Assembly (NCBI GenBank): GCA_937625935.1 | Contig: OW569350.1 | Coordinates: 310,001-374,000, forward strand | Length of the DNA: 64,000 nt | DNA from: Tetramitus jugosus | Taxonomy: Eukaryota; Protista; Heterolobosea | Direction: 5' to 3' | Shown: one piece after another, positions 1 to 9,058 of the stretch | Numbering within the stretch: position 1 is the first letter of the stretch | How the letters are laid out: each line of letters opens with the position of its first letter | Translations under genes and position numbers: made by a program | The notes under the pieces: model-generated | What the model was told of the DNA's origin: nothing | The model's database searches: none | Seen by the model: the letters and a program-made list of their open reading frames with translations, nothing else

Positions 1-3000
1 ATGGACCAATCACAACAACAACAACAACAACAAACACCTCACCGTAACATGTTCATGAACGTGATTCATCAAATTCCTCGATTGAGTATTGGTCAAGGAG
101 GAGCAGCAGATGCCACCAATGATTCGAGCAATGATTTCAGTGATCCTCCCTCACCGACGACATTTGACAATCATGGCAGAAAGAGTATGATTCAGTATGG
201 AAACGATTCTTACTCATCACCGAATCATGGTGGTGGTATGGAGAGAAGCAGTTTTTCTGGTGGTGCATCTTCCAATCCTTATCATTCGTATCATCAGAGA
301 GATCGTTCTGTGAGTTCATCTGGCGTAGGCAATGACAATAACGGTGAAATACCGCCATCACGAAGGTCCTTCTTCAACAAGTTGATTGGAAAAGCGACAA
401 ATACTGGTGTGAGAAGAGGAGGCGAAACGCTCAAGAAGAGACCAAGTACCAACGGTATCATGTCAGGAGGAGGCACAATGGTTGATGACTCTGATTGGAG
501 CTATGGCAGAGATAGCACAGCTGGCTATTACAATGGAAAGAGAGACTCTTCTGCAACGACTACGAGCCCCAACAAGCAACGAGATGCCGACAATGCTCAC
601 GCTAGAGCAACCAAGGGATCAATCACAGAGTATTTGGAGAAGAAGGCAATTAATGAAACTGAATTGTCTGCTGTCATTCCATTGACAAAGAGCTCTGTTC
701 TGGACAAGATGATTGAAATAAGGGATGAGACGAGAATTTTGAGTGTTCATGATGCTCAATTCGAGTTCATTGGTGGCAAGGAACGAATCTCATGCAGAAG
801 AAAGAGACAAGGCATCGACCCATACACCGCAAAGAAGAAGAGCTTTGTTCTGTTTCAGTTCGATCAGCTGAAATTGGACTGTGGTTCCTGGGAACCATTG
901 TTCTGCAAGGTGTATCTCTACGATGCACAGCGGAATAGAAAGCTGTCGGAAGATTATGGATTCCACATCAACAACAAGCAAGAGTTGTCATTGTTGGACG
1001 ATGTGGTGAGGGAGCATTTGGAACAAGTTCAAAGTGCAAATATTTATGAGAAACCAACTGTTCTATTCCGGTTAAGTGATCCAAATCCTGATGTATACAT
1101 TGTTGTGTTGGTCGAGAGAATCTTACAGGGAAGTCCAGAAGACTCTGACAAGGTCTATGAAAAGGATGCCAAGTTCAAGGATAAGGCACTCAAGAGAAAC
1201 AAGGAATCCATCAAGAAATTGTCTCACTTTAGACAACCATTTTTGATTGGTGCATTCAACGTATACAGTCAAGGCAGTGATAACAACTTGAACATTGTCG
1301 ATGGTATCCGTATGGTCAAATTCCGTCGTCTGAATCGTCTAAGCAGCAAGGAAATGTTCGATATTGGCAAGTATTTGCCAGAAACAGAATTGAACACGCA
1401 AGACATGGTCCTTTGGGCTAGCATGAGAGTCGAGATCAAGTCTGTTGACTCTGACAGCTTGAATGATCTGTTTGTGACTTACAATCAATCAAAGCACAAG
1501 ATGGAGAGTCGGTTGCATTCAGTTCACACACAGAGAAACGGTAGAACTAATCGATTTGGTCTAGAAACGAGTCTTTGTACATTCTTCGATGTTGCAGATG
1601 AGTTCCCATATGAATTACCACTGTTCCATTCGTTGGAGTTCAAGAATACTCTTTATGTGTACCTTGATTCTGCTGACTTGTCTTTTGCTTCATTCAAGCA
1701 CACTACGTTTGTGATCGAGGTGTTTATGAAGAAGACGGATTCAGTCACCGCGACCAAGATAACATGCATTGGTGATCCGTTCGATCCGACCAGATTGAAC
1801 ACATCAGCCTTGTCTTCTGTGACAAAGCACGAGAGATCTCCACAGTTCATTTCCGAGTTTAGAATTGAAGTTCCAATGGACGCTTACACAAGCAATTGTC
1901 ACTTGTACTTTGAAATCTATGCGGTGAAGACCAATGTGTTTGGATCTCATGCGCATCAATATGGATACGCTGTTCTCAAATCAGTTGGATCTTCCTTCAT
2001 TAAATTATTTAATGATGAGAATGCAATGATCAGAGACGGTTCGCACGTTCTCCCAATCTACACAAAGATCGATGATGGCTATATGCGCGATGATTCCAAG
2101 TGTACCAAGGCCAAGGGCTACAATTTGAACATTAGAACGAGACATGCCAGTACCATATTTATGCAAGATAACAATGCCTCTCTGTTTATGCATTGCTTGG
2201 ATGATCTTCATCAATTATTGGGCCAGTGGAACGAAATGGATCGCAAGAACTTCAAATTCTTTGAACGAATGGCAAAGATGATGGATCAGTTGAATCGCGA
2301 TATTCCAAAGGTCATGAATTCCAACTTTGCAGAAGTGACAAGACACAGTCACGTATTGTTGAACAGTTTGTTAGTGGTCATGTCTAGATTACGTATGATT
2401 GTGCCATCAGAGGAAGATTTTGATAATTATTCATCGGATGATGAGTTGATGTTCTTGCACAGTTTCAAGAAGCAATCTACCCTGTTGGTTAAGAACATTT
2501 TCAGTGGATTGCTCTATTGCTTGCATGGTATCACCGCCGTGGAGGGAAGAAGAGGTAGAGAAAGCAAGACTCTGATGTCCTACATTGACACTTTCTTCAA
2601 CATGTCGCCAAATACCACCTTCTTTTCCACTTTGTTCGATTATTGGATCGAGTTTATGGACAATTGTGACATAAGTCAGTTGCCTTCGTACAAGCACAAG
2701 TATGAGAGTCAGTATCCACCATCATGTGATCGCAGAAGAAAGTCATGGACACGAATAGAGTTTGAGAAGGCAAGTCAATCCCTCACACCTCGACAAGCAG
2801 CAAAAGTACAGGAAGAGAAAACATCGGAGCTTTCATTGAATGCTCTGGATTCCATCAATTTCTCCTGGTTCTTTTTCGAGCTTGCTCTGAAGAGCATCAT
2901 GCTCCAGGACAAGACTCCTGAGATTCTAGCAGTGTTCAAGACGAGAGCCAATGATCTGATTTCTAGAATGTGTCCTATTCTCATCTCATGTATCCAACAG

Positions 3001-5634
3001 AGAAAGACCAAGGGTGTGATCAATGAAGTTGCCAGACGATGCAACTATGACATTGCATTGTTCTTGCGTGACTTGCTCCAATTTACAGATGTGAACTTTG
3101 TGAGTGATCTGGTCGAGACTTATCTCAATAATATGAAGGTTCTAGAAACGGACAACAGTGAAATTGAATACGCCAAGGTGTCTCACATGATGGATTTCTT
3201 GGATTTGTATACTGAGTATGAAGGATTTACCAATATTTATATTGATCATCCAGAAAGAGCTCATTTGATCATTGATTGCATGATTGAGAATATTGCACGA
3301 GGAACTAAAAATGCACAAAGTGATCTGAGACTCAAATCTGTGTATGTGTTCCGCAAGCATCTAACCAAGTTGGACTTTGATGCCAAATTCAATCTAGAAA
3401 ATGACCCAAAGAGAAACTTTAGGAAGAAGGTCATGTATCCATACTTCAAGTTTGTCCAACTATTTGTAGAAGATTCAACTCTTCTTCGAAGTGCACCCAC
3501 CACTCAAACAATTGTAGATGCCCTGGTTTGCGTTTATTCAATCCTTTTATTCACAAGTGAGAAACGGGTGATTGAATGGTTGAATACCGATCCAGACAAG
3601 TACGTGCCGTCCTTCTACGATATGCTGCTGTTGACTTCAATCGTCATTCGAAAGTATGACAACGTGAAGACGAGAATCAATTTGACAAAGTTGTTCCCTC
3701 GAGTATTTGTGAAATACGTTCAGAAATATTGTCTGGATATGTCATCCAATTTTACTTTATTAGCTAGTGAGTTGAGCAACACGTTTAGAAAGCAGCTTGA
3801 CAAAGACTCTACTAATTCTGAGGAGGAAGTGATCCATATGATGGCAAGCAGTCTAAGTCCAGACAATTTCTGGACAGAGGATTTAATCAAATTTGTCAAG
3901 CTGTTCGACAAGTGCTCCTATTTCTATGTCAATATCATGCTTTTGAGGCCATACATTGATTCTGGTATCTTCTTGGAAATTGTTCAGCAATATGTCTACC
4001 CATTCTTGAAGCAATTCAATTCATATTATCTGTTGTCTCGAGTGGTCAGGTTGAAGACTGCATCCGATTCACTATTGGATAAGTCGAGAAACGAAAAGCT
4101 TGCAAAGTATGATACTGGTGATGCATGGCAAATGATAACAGCTTCTATTCTGCTCAACACGGCTTTGCCAATCGATTTGGCTGTGCCTATCATTGGTGAC
4201 TGTCTCCAAGTTCTGCTCCTAATTTACCAAAGAAAAGAAGCAAATGTTGGTGAGGAGGAAGAGGCTCAAGATGCCACTCCATCAGACAATGGAACCGGTG
4301 AACAAGCTGAATCAAATCATGAAAGTCCAAAGAAGTCTGAAGCAGCCGTGCGTTCTTCTATTGTGTCAGAAGGTTTCCTCAATTATACCAATGAGAACTC
4401 GCACATGATTAGAGCTGCAACATTCAGAAAGTTAGTCGAACGTCTATTCCAGAACAACCCTGGATATACTCCTCCATTCAACGACTGCTTCTTGTTGACA
4501 TACTTCTCCGTTGCTTCATCCAACCAGGTTTTGCAGGAAATTATCTCCATCACTCATGAGGTGCCTTATGAAACAGACAAGGCTCAAAAGTTGCTCCGAG
4601 TCGTGAACGCTCTTAAGATGTGGGTCACAGAGCATTTTGTGAACATGAACTGTACGTTCCTTGCCTCCTTGATATCTTTCTTGGCTAATGATTTGACCAA
4701 AATTATTCGTGACGAGCTTTCTACTGTCACCTATCATAAGCCTCTCTTGTCCTCTCTTTTGAGAAAGATGATTGATGTGCAGGCAGAGAAGAAGCAACAA
4801 GCAATCATCAATCTGGAGCCACCTATTGTACCTGCTCGATTCTATGGCAAATTGTCGTTGAGCAAAATTGACAACGAAAGCTTTAATTTGTTCGAATGGG
4901 ACTCAATGGAATTGGCTCGTCAAATCACTGTTCTGGACGCCAGATATTTCATGCAGATCCAACACACCGAGTTAATCGCAAAGAAGAAAACATTTGATGC
5001 TCCCGAGTTGAGTGTTAGGATGGCAACTGCTCCTAATCTGACTAGACTGTGTTTGCAATTCGATGCATTATCATCCTGGGTCCAGTCTTGTATTTTGAAA
5101 CAAACATCTGTAGATGAGAGAGTCAGATATATCAAGAAGCTGTTTGAGGTTTGTGAGAAGCTGTATGAGATTGGTAACTTCCATTCGTGCTTTGCTGTTC
5201 GATCTGGATTTAGACAATCGGGCGTGATACGTCTGGCTAAAACATGGCAAAAGATACCTCAGATCGAGGATACGATCACCAAAAAGTATGGCGAGCTGTT
5301 CAAGCATCCATATACTAATCTTTTGGCTGAATATGACATGAGGCCTCCACCAATGATTCCATTGGCTGCACAGTTCCAAGCAGAGGTGTACTTTGCCTCA
5401 TTGAACAGCAAGTATGTGCTCGACAAGGTGTCTGCAACAGGAGAAAAGTTGGTCAACTATGATAGAATGAGACTCTTGAGCAGAGTGATCCGTCGTTTGA
5501 AGATTAAGCAACAAGCGACTTACAATTTCACTCCAATACCCTTCTTGATTGACTTCTTTAGTCACCTTGAAAGCATGGACGAGGACACCGCCTACAACAC
5601 CTCATTGGAACTCGAACCAAAGAATCGGACATAA
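1..5634 (+). CDS. Large GEF: DOCK-C/D-like N-terminal region and C2 (DHR-1-like) domain, C-terminal RasGEF_N (REM) and CDC25 RasGEF domain
   Basis: 1877-aa ORF. DOCK-like motifs EPLFCKVYLYDAQRNRKLSEDY, DVYIVVLVERILQG, FKNTLYVY, SPQFISEFRIEVP...HLYFEIY. RasGEF motifs FLLTY, RVVNALKMWV, ELARQITVLD, GNFHSCFAV, VIRLAKTW, PPMIP, VNYDRMR. Confidence 0.8.
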   Translation: MDQSQQQQQQQTPHRNMFMNVIHQIPRLSIGQGGAADATNDSSNDFSDPPSPTTFDNHGRKSMIQYGNDSYSSPNHGGGMERSSFSGGASSNPYHSYHQRDRSVSSSGVGNDNNGEIPPSRRSFFNKLIGKATNTGVRRGGETLKKRPSTNGIMSGGGTMVDDSDWSYGRDSTAGYYNGKRDSSATTTSPNKQRDADNAHARATKGSITEYLEKKAINETELSAVIPLTKSSVLDKMIEIRDETRILSVHDAQFEFIGGKERISCRRKRQGIDPYTAKKKSFVLFQFDQLKLDCGSWEPLFCKVYLYDAQRNRKLSEDYGFHINNKQELSLLDDVVREHLEQVQSANIYEKPTVLFRLSDPNPDVYIVVLVERILQGSPEDSDKVYEKDAKFKDKALKRNKESIKKLSHFRQPFLIGAFNVYSQGSDNNLNIVDGIRMVKFRRLNRLSSKEMFDIGKYLPETELNTQDMVLWASMRVEIKSVDSDSLNDLFVTYNQSKHKMESRLHSVHTQRNGRTNRFGLETSLCTFFDVADEFPYELPLFHSLEFKNTLYVYLDSADLSFASFKHTTFVIEVFMKKTDSVTATKITCIGDPFDPTRLNTSALSSVTKHERSPQFISEFRIEVPMDAYTSNCHLYFEIYAVKTNVFGSHAHQYGYAVLKSVGSSFIKLFNDENAMIRDGSHVLPIYTKIDDGYMRDDSKCTKAKGYNLNIRTRHASTIFMQDNNASLFMHCLDDLHQLLGQWNEMDRKNFKFFERMAKMMDQLNRDIPKVMNSNFAEVTRHSHVLLNSLLVVMSRLRMIVPSEEDFDNYSSDDELMFLHSFKKQSTLLVKNIFSGLLYCLHGITAVEGRRGRESKTLMSYIDTFFNMSPNTTFFSTLFDYWIEFMDNCDISQLPSYKHKYESQYPPSCDRRRKSWTRIEFEKASQSLTPRQAAKVQEEKTSELSLNALDSINFSWFFFELALKSIMLQDKTPEILAVFKTRANDLISRMCPILISCIQQRKTKGVINEVARRCNYDIALFLRDLLQFTDVNFVSDLVETYLNNMKVLETDNSEIEYAKVSHMMDFLDLYTEYEGFTNIYIDHPERAHLIIDCMIENIARGTKNAQSDLRLKSVYVFRKHLTKLDFDAKFNLENDPKRNFRKKVMYPYFKFVQLFVEDSTLLRSAPTTQTIVDALVCVYSILLFTSEKRVIEWLNTDPDKYVPSFYDMLLLTSIVIRKYDNVKTRINLTKLFPRVFVKYVQKYCLDMSSNFTLLASELSNTFRKQLDKDSTNSEEEVIHMMASSLSPDNFWTEDLIKFVKLFDKCSYFYVNIMLLRPYIDSGIFLEIVQQYVYPFLKQFNSYYLLSRVVRLKTASDSLLDKSRNEKLAKYDTGDAWQMITASILLNTALPIDLAVPIIGDCLQVLLLIYQRKEANVGEEEEAQDATPSDNGTGEQAESNHESPKKSEAAVRSSIVSEGFLNYTNENSHMIRAATFRKLVERLFQNNPGYTPPFNDCFLLTYFSVASSNQVLQEIISITHEVPYETDKAQKLLRVVNALKMWVTEHFVNMNCTFLASLISFLANDLTKIIRDELSTVTYHKPLLSSLLRKMIDVQAEKKQQAIINLEPPIVPARFYGKLSLSKIDNESFNLFEWDSMELARQITVLDARYFMQIQHTELIAKKKTFDAPELSVRMATAPNLTRLCLQFDALSSWVQSCILKQTSVDERVRYIKKLFEVCEKLYEIGNFHSCFAVRSGFRQSGVIRLAKTWQKIPQIEDTITKKYGELFKHPYTNLLAEYDMRPPPMIPLAAQFQAEVYFASLNSKYVLDKVSATGEKLVNYDRMRLLSRVIRRLKIKQQATYNFTPIPFLIDFFSHLESMDEDTAYNTSLELEPKNRT

Positions 5635-5877
5635 TGTAATAATAAATATATGTATCTGCAATATATGCGGCAACAACCTTCCTCCACCGTGATAGACACG
5701 AAATTGAATCTGGAATTCGGATGAATTCAAAAAAAATCGAAGCCGCACCTGAATCAGTCTGAGGCTAATGGTTACCTGGAGCAGATTCCATCATGATCAA
5801 AGTTTAAGAGGCATGAACAACCCAGCCAGCGCTTGAAATATTGTGATTACCAAACAACAATCAACATACACTTTAGC

Positions 5878-7437
5878 ATGTACTGGATCGTTGTTGTTGC
5901 CACACTGATTGGCATTACCTTGGCGGCCGCTATCGGGGCCAACGATGTTGGAAATTCCTTTGCAACGGCTGTTGGAAGTAAGGTGTTAACTATTAGGCAA
6001 GCTGTTCTCATCGCTAGTGTGTGCGAGTTCTCTGGTAGTATGCTCATGGGGGCCTATGTCAGTGAGACACTGCGAACAGGTATCATTGCAGACTTTCTGT
6101 CCGTTTTTACTCCAGGTGTAGATGAACACATGTACATGTTGGGAACAATGTGTGTTTTACTAGGTAGTACGGTTTGGCTCTGCTTGGCTACTTTCTTGAA
6201 TATGCCTGTTTCCACGACTCATTCGATCGTGGGGAGCATTGTAGGTTTTGTTGTCACATTCAAGGGATATCATGCCATCAAATGGAAGAGTATAGGATTT
6301 ATTGCTCTGTCCTGGGTAATTTCACCTCTGATAGGCTTGATTCTCGCAGGTCCATTCTCCTATATCCTCAGTCGATTTGTGCTACTGGCCATCAAGAGGA
6401 CAGATTCAAATGAAACAGAGTCTGAGATCGACCAGAAAAGTTTATTGAGAACTTTGTTTGTGCTTCCCTTTATCGTTGGTGGCACTTGTGCGGTACTTGC
6501 CTCCACCATCTTTGTCAAAGGCAGTAAGGCTCTCCTCTTGCACAAGATCCCGTGGTACGCTGGTTTGTCAGGCTCCATTGTTTTTGGTCTGTTAGTAGGT
6601 GCATTGATAGGAGTATTGACACCCACTCTGAGAAGAAGAATGTTGAGAAGTTTGGAGACAGAGAAACCCATCCCTCCTACGACTAAAATTTCTGAGATGA
6701 CAGATGCATGTTCGGTAGTAAGTGAGAACGTTACGCCAGTGGATAAGTCAAGTCCTCTCTTGTTCCCTGTCGCTTCCAGTTCGTCTATGATGGAGCTTGA
6801 CGACGAACAGACAGCAAACATGAATCTTGAGGAACAAAACGAGAAAGTACAAGAGATTAGGGATGAAGATTATCATCTGACTCCTGCTGATCGAGTCTTT
6901 AGCTCCCTGCAAATACTATGTTCTGCTCTCACATCGTTTAGCCACGGTGCAAATGACGTATCTAATGCCATTGGACCGCTATCAGCCATTTACATGGTGT
7001 ATTCTGCTGGCTCTGTTGAAGCGGCTCAGAAAGCAACGATGCCTTGGTATATTTTAGCTATAGGGGCAGGTGGAATTGTACTGGGTCTGGCACTCTTTGG
7101 AAAGAGAGTTATAGAGACCGTTGGTGTAAAACTCACAAAGAACCAAATGAGGCCTCACCAAGGCTTTGTGAGTCAACTCTGTGGAGCATCGATCGTGATG
7201 TTGTGTTCCAAGTTTGGTCTCCCTGTAAGCACAACAAACAGTATCGTTGGAGCTGTTGTAGGTGTTGGATTGATGGATAGAGCTGGTAGTGTGCACACAC
7301 AGGACAGTAGCGTGGATACTGGTTCCGTATCCTGGGGACTATTGACAAATATTGTGATCAGCTGGCTCGTTACTCTCCCGATAAGTGCGGCCCTCACCTC
7401 GGCTTTCTTCTCTTTTCTAAAATACACTGTACGATAA
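5878..7437 (+). CDS. PiT/PHO4-family inorganic phosphate transporter
   Basis: Both family signatures are present (GANDVGNSFATAVGS and SHGANDVSNAIGP), plus PVSTTH/PVSTTN and many TM helices. First ATG at 5878. Confidence 0.95.
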   Translation: MYWIVVVATLIGITLAAAIGANDVGNSFATAVGSKVLTIRQAVLIASVCEFSGSMLMGAYVSETLRTGIIADFLSVFTPGVDEHMYMLGTMCVLLGSTVWLCLATFLNMPVSTTHSIVGSIVGFVVTFKGYHAIKWKSIGFIALSWVISPLIGLILAGPFSYILSRFVLLAIKRTDSNETESEIDQKSLLRTLFVLPFIVGGTCAVLASTIFVKGSKALLLHKIPWYAGLSGSIVFGLLVGALIGVLTPTLRRRMLRSLETEKPIPPTTKISEMTDACSVVSENVTPVDKSSPLLFPVASSSSMMELDDEQTANMNLEEQNEKVQEIRDEDYHLTPADRVFSSLQILCSALTSFSHGANDVSNAIGPLSAIYMVYSAGSVEAAQKATMPWYILAIGAGGIVLGLALFGKRVIETVGVKLTKNQMRPHQGFVSQLCGASIVMLCSKFGLPVSTTNSIVGAVVGVGLMDRAGSVHTQDSSVDTGSVSWGLLTNIVISWLVTLPISAALTSAFFSFLKYTVR

Positions 7438-7509
7438 ACTTTACGAAAACAGGACTACCAAGCGAGTTGAAGAAAACTAAATGACGATACAAAACCAAGT
7501 TGGCAAAAG

Positions 7510-7582
7510 TACCGACGACGGGACTCGAACCCGCGACCACTGGATTAGAAGTCCAGTGCTCTTCCAGCTGAGCTACGACGGC
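7510..7582 (-). tRNA. tRNA-Arg(TCT)
   Basis: Reverse complement GCCGTCGTAGCTCAGCTGGAAGAGCACTGGACTTCTAATCCAGTGGTCGCGGGTTCGAGTCCCGTCGTCGGTA folds as a cloverleaf with anticodon TCT. One T:T mismatch in the acceptor stem. Followed by a T4 run. Confidence 0.93.
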
Positions 7583-7629
7583 TAGATGTTTAGGAAGATA
7601 GGGCATTTATTTTATGCGTGAGCCTGCGA

Positions 7630-7885
7630 TCCAGGGAAAGAACCTATCACTACGATACTTGGTTTGATAAAGCAGTGGTGCAATGGAAAACGAAATTAAC
7701 GAGCAGAGAAAGATAGGCAAAAACTATTTGCTAGGAATGTTAGGCGTAGAAACTCAAGCTGTTAAACAAGTGGCCAAAGGGTTCAAGAAGGAGGTAGTCA
7801 AGATGAAAGCTAAGCAGCTTGTGGACAACACTTTGTGTAAAGAGAAGGGACAATAAACAGCGCAACCACTGTTTGTTTTAAAAAA
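7630..7885 (+). mobile_element. Degenerate 5'-truncated non-LTR retrotransposon remnant upstream of tRNA-Arg
   Basis: Frameshifted translation DTWFDK...NEQRKIGKNYLLGMLGVETQAVKQVAKG...KAKQLVDNT matches the C-termini of the ORFs at 48353-49471 and 49628-50414. Ends gcaaccactgtttgttttaaaaaa. The 5' boundary is approximate and no TSD could be called. Confidence 0.8.
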
Positions 7886-7988
7886 CATCCGTTAGACTAA
7901 GGTAGTTACTGAACAAGCCTCCCAGGTTTAGGTGTACTGGGATGCTATAACCTAGCAAGCAATCCTCTGGTCGCATTAAACAATACAA
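7886..7988 (+). mobile_element. Second, older 3'-end remnant of the retroelement family (tandem with the previous one)
   Basis: gcaatcctctggtcgcattaaa (7959-7980) resembles the family 3' motif, closest to gcaactgctctggttgtattaaa (reverse complement of the 45979-46005 copy). Upstream hairpin TCCCAG/CTGGGA at 7920-7942. Confidence 0.5.
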
Positions 7989-7995
7989 CGCTCGC

Positions 7996-8015
7996 GCCGT
8001 CGTCGGTACTTTTTT
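7996..8015 (+). pseudogene. Collapsed tRNA-Arg(TCT) relic (5' end fused to 3' end plus terminator)
   Basis: GCCGTCGTCGGTACTTTTTT equals the tRNA-Arg 5' end GCCGTCGT joined to its 3' end CGTCGGTA-C-T run. This gives a 17-nt perfect inverted match to 7505-7521. Confidence 0.55.
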
Positions 8016-8201
8016 GGTTCAATACTTTTCTAACAATAGAGACTCTGTCTGAATTCAGTTCATGGTATAAAATGGAGCTGAAAATGTCAGTGGTTCGAAC
8101 CTTTCCAACAAAAAACTTGATCAGGACTGCTCGCAATACATTGTATCTATCTGCCACCTCTCCATCACATTTCAGACCAGGACTGAACACATGATTTGAA
8201 A

Positions 8202-8591
8202 ATGGAACAGCAACCACCGTCAGTAGTTGAACAAACTGTGGAACCAAGCGGACATAAACGATTTGGACTGCGGCACAAACTGTCCGAAAAGCTGCATCTC
8301 AAGAAGAACAGATCAGCAGTCACTGACAGTTGCGACAAGGAAAAGAAACAACATACCTCGATTTTGAAAAAGATTGCATCTCATGTGCACCACCATCACC
8401 ACTCTGAAGACAACACTCATGAGAATGTAGCTTCGAGGCGGAATGGGTCATTGAAATCGAACGAAACAGAGGAAGTATCGACAAGCGATTCGTCTCCGTT
8501 AGCAGTCATGGCACACCATGTGGAACTTGTCCAAAGAAATCCAGAGTGCCAGGAAATGATACAACAACTAGAGTCGTATTCGTTCCCTTAA
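8202..8591 (+). CDS. Small hypothetical protein (His/Lys-rich)
   Basis: 129-aa ATG-initiated ORF followed by AATAAA. No recognisable domain. Confidence 0.5.
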   Translation: MEQQPPSVVEQTVEPSGHKRFGLRHKLSEKLHLKKNRSAVTDSCDKEKKQHTSILKKIASHVHHHHHSEDNTHENVASRRNGSLKSNETEEVSTSDSSPLAVMAHHVELVQRNPECQEMIQQLESYSFP

Positions 8592-8613
8592 AATAAATGA
8601 AATTTAAAAAGTG

Positions 8614-8686
8614 TGGTCGTTGCAGGGATCGAACCTGCGACCAATGGCTTATTAGACCAACGCTCTACCGACTGAGCTAAACGACC
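8614..8686 (-). tRNA. tRNA-Ile(AAT)
   Basis: Reverse complement GGTCGTTTAGCTCAGTCGGTAGAGCGTTGGTCTAATAAGCCATTGGTCGCAGGTTCGATCCCTGCAACGACCA folds as a cloverleaf with anticodon AAT. T5 terminator just downstream. Confidence 0.93.
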
Positions 8687-8759
8687 TTCTATATTTAGGT
8701 TGAATATCATAGTGGGAAAATTACTATTTTTAGACGGGAAATGAATTCGACGGGAGCAG

Positions 8760-8906
8760 TGGACAACACCAAGAGGAGGTGTGTGGAGGTGATGCATACC
8801 CTCTTCCCAAGCTCCAAGAACATGGCAACAAAAATAAATTAACAGTAAAGAGAAGAGAAAGAATAAACAGCTCTACCAACCGGTTGTATTAAAAAAACAA
8901 AATTTA
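8760..8906 (+). mobile_element. Short 5'-truncated non-LTR retrotransposon copy upstream of tRNA-Ile, 12-bp TSD
   Basis: Flanked by CGACGGGAGCAG at 8748-8759 and 8907-8918. Encodes VDNTKRRCVEVMHTLFPSSKNMATKIN*, compared with FVDHTKRRCVEVMRRLFTSSKEIAGC* in the copy at 49628-49710. Ends ggttgtattaaaaaaacaaaa. Confidence 0.9.
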
Positions 8907-9058
8907 CGACGGGAGCAGGGTAGTGTCTTGCTTTTTCATCATGTTGCTTGTACTGTTGTCCAAGCGCTTTTCAAAGTTTCAGAGTGCCCTCATCTAGAGG
9001 AGGGGAGTTTCTTCGAAGTGTCCCGAAGAACACAAACAAACATAAAAACTTTCAGAAC

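Noticed and set aside
7394-8797. Track ORFs 7394..7606, 7945..8247 and 8588..8797
   Set aside because: Two are translations of tRNA genes and the third has no coding support.
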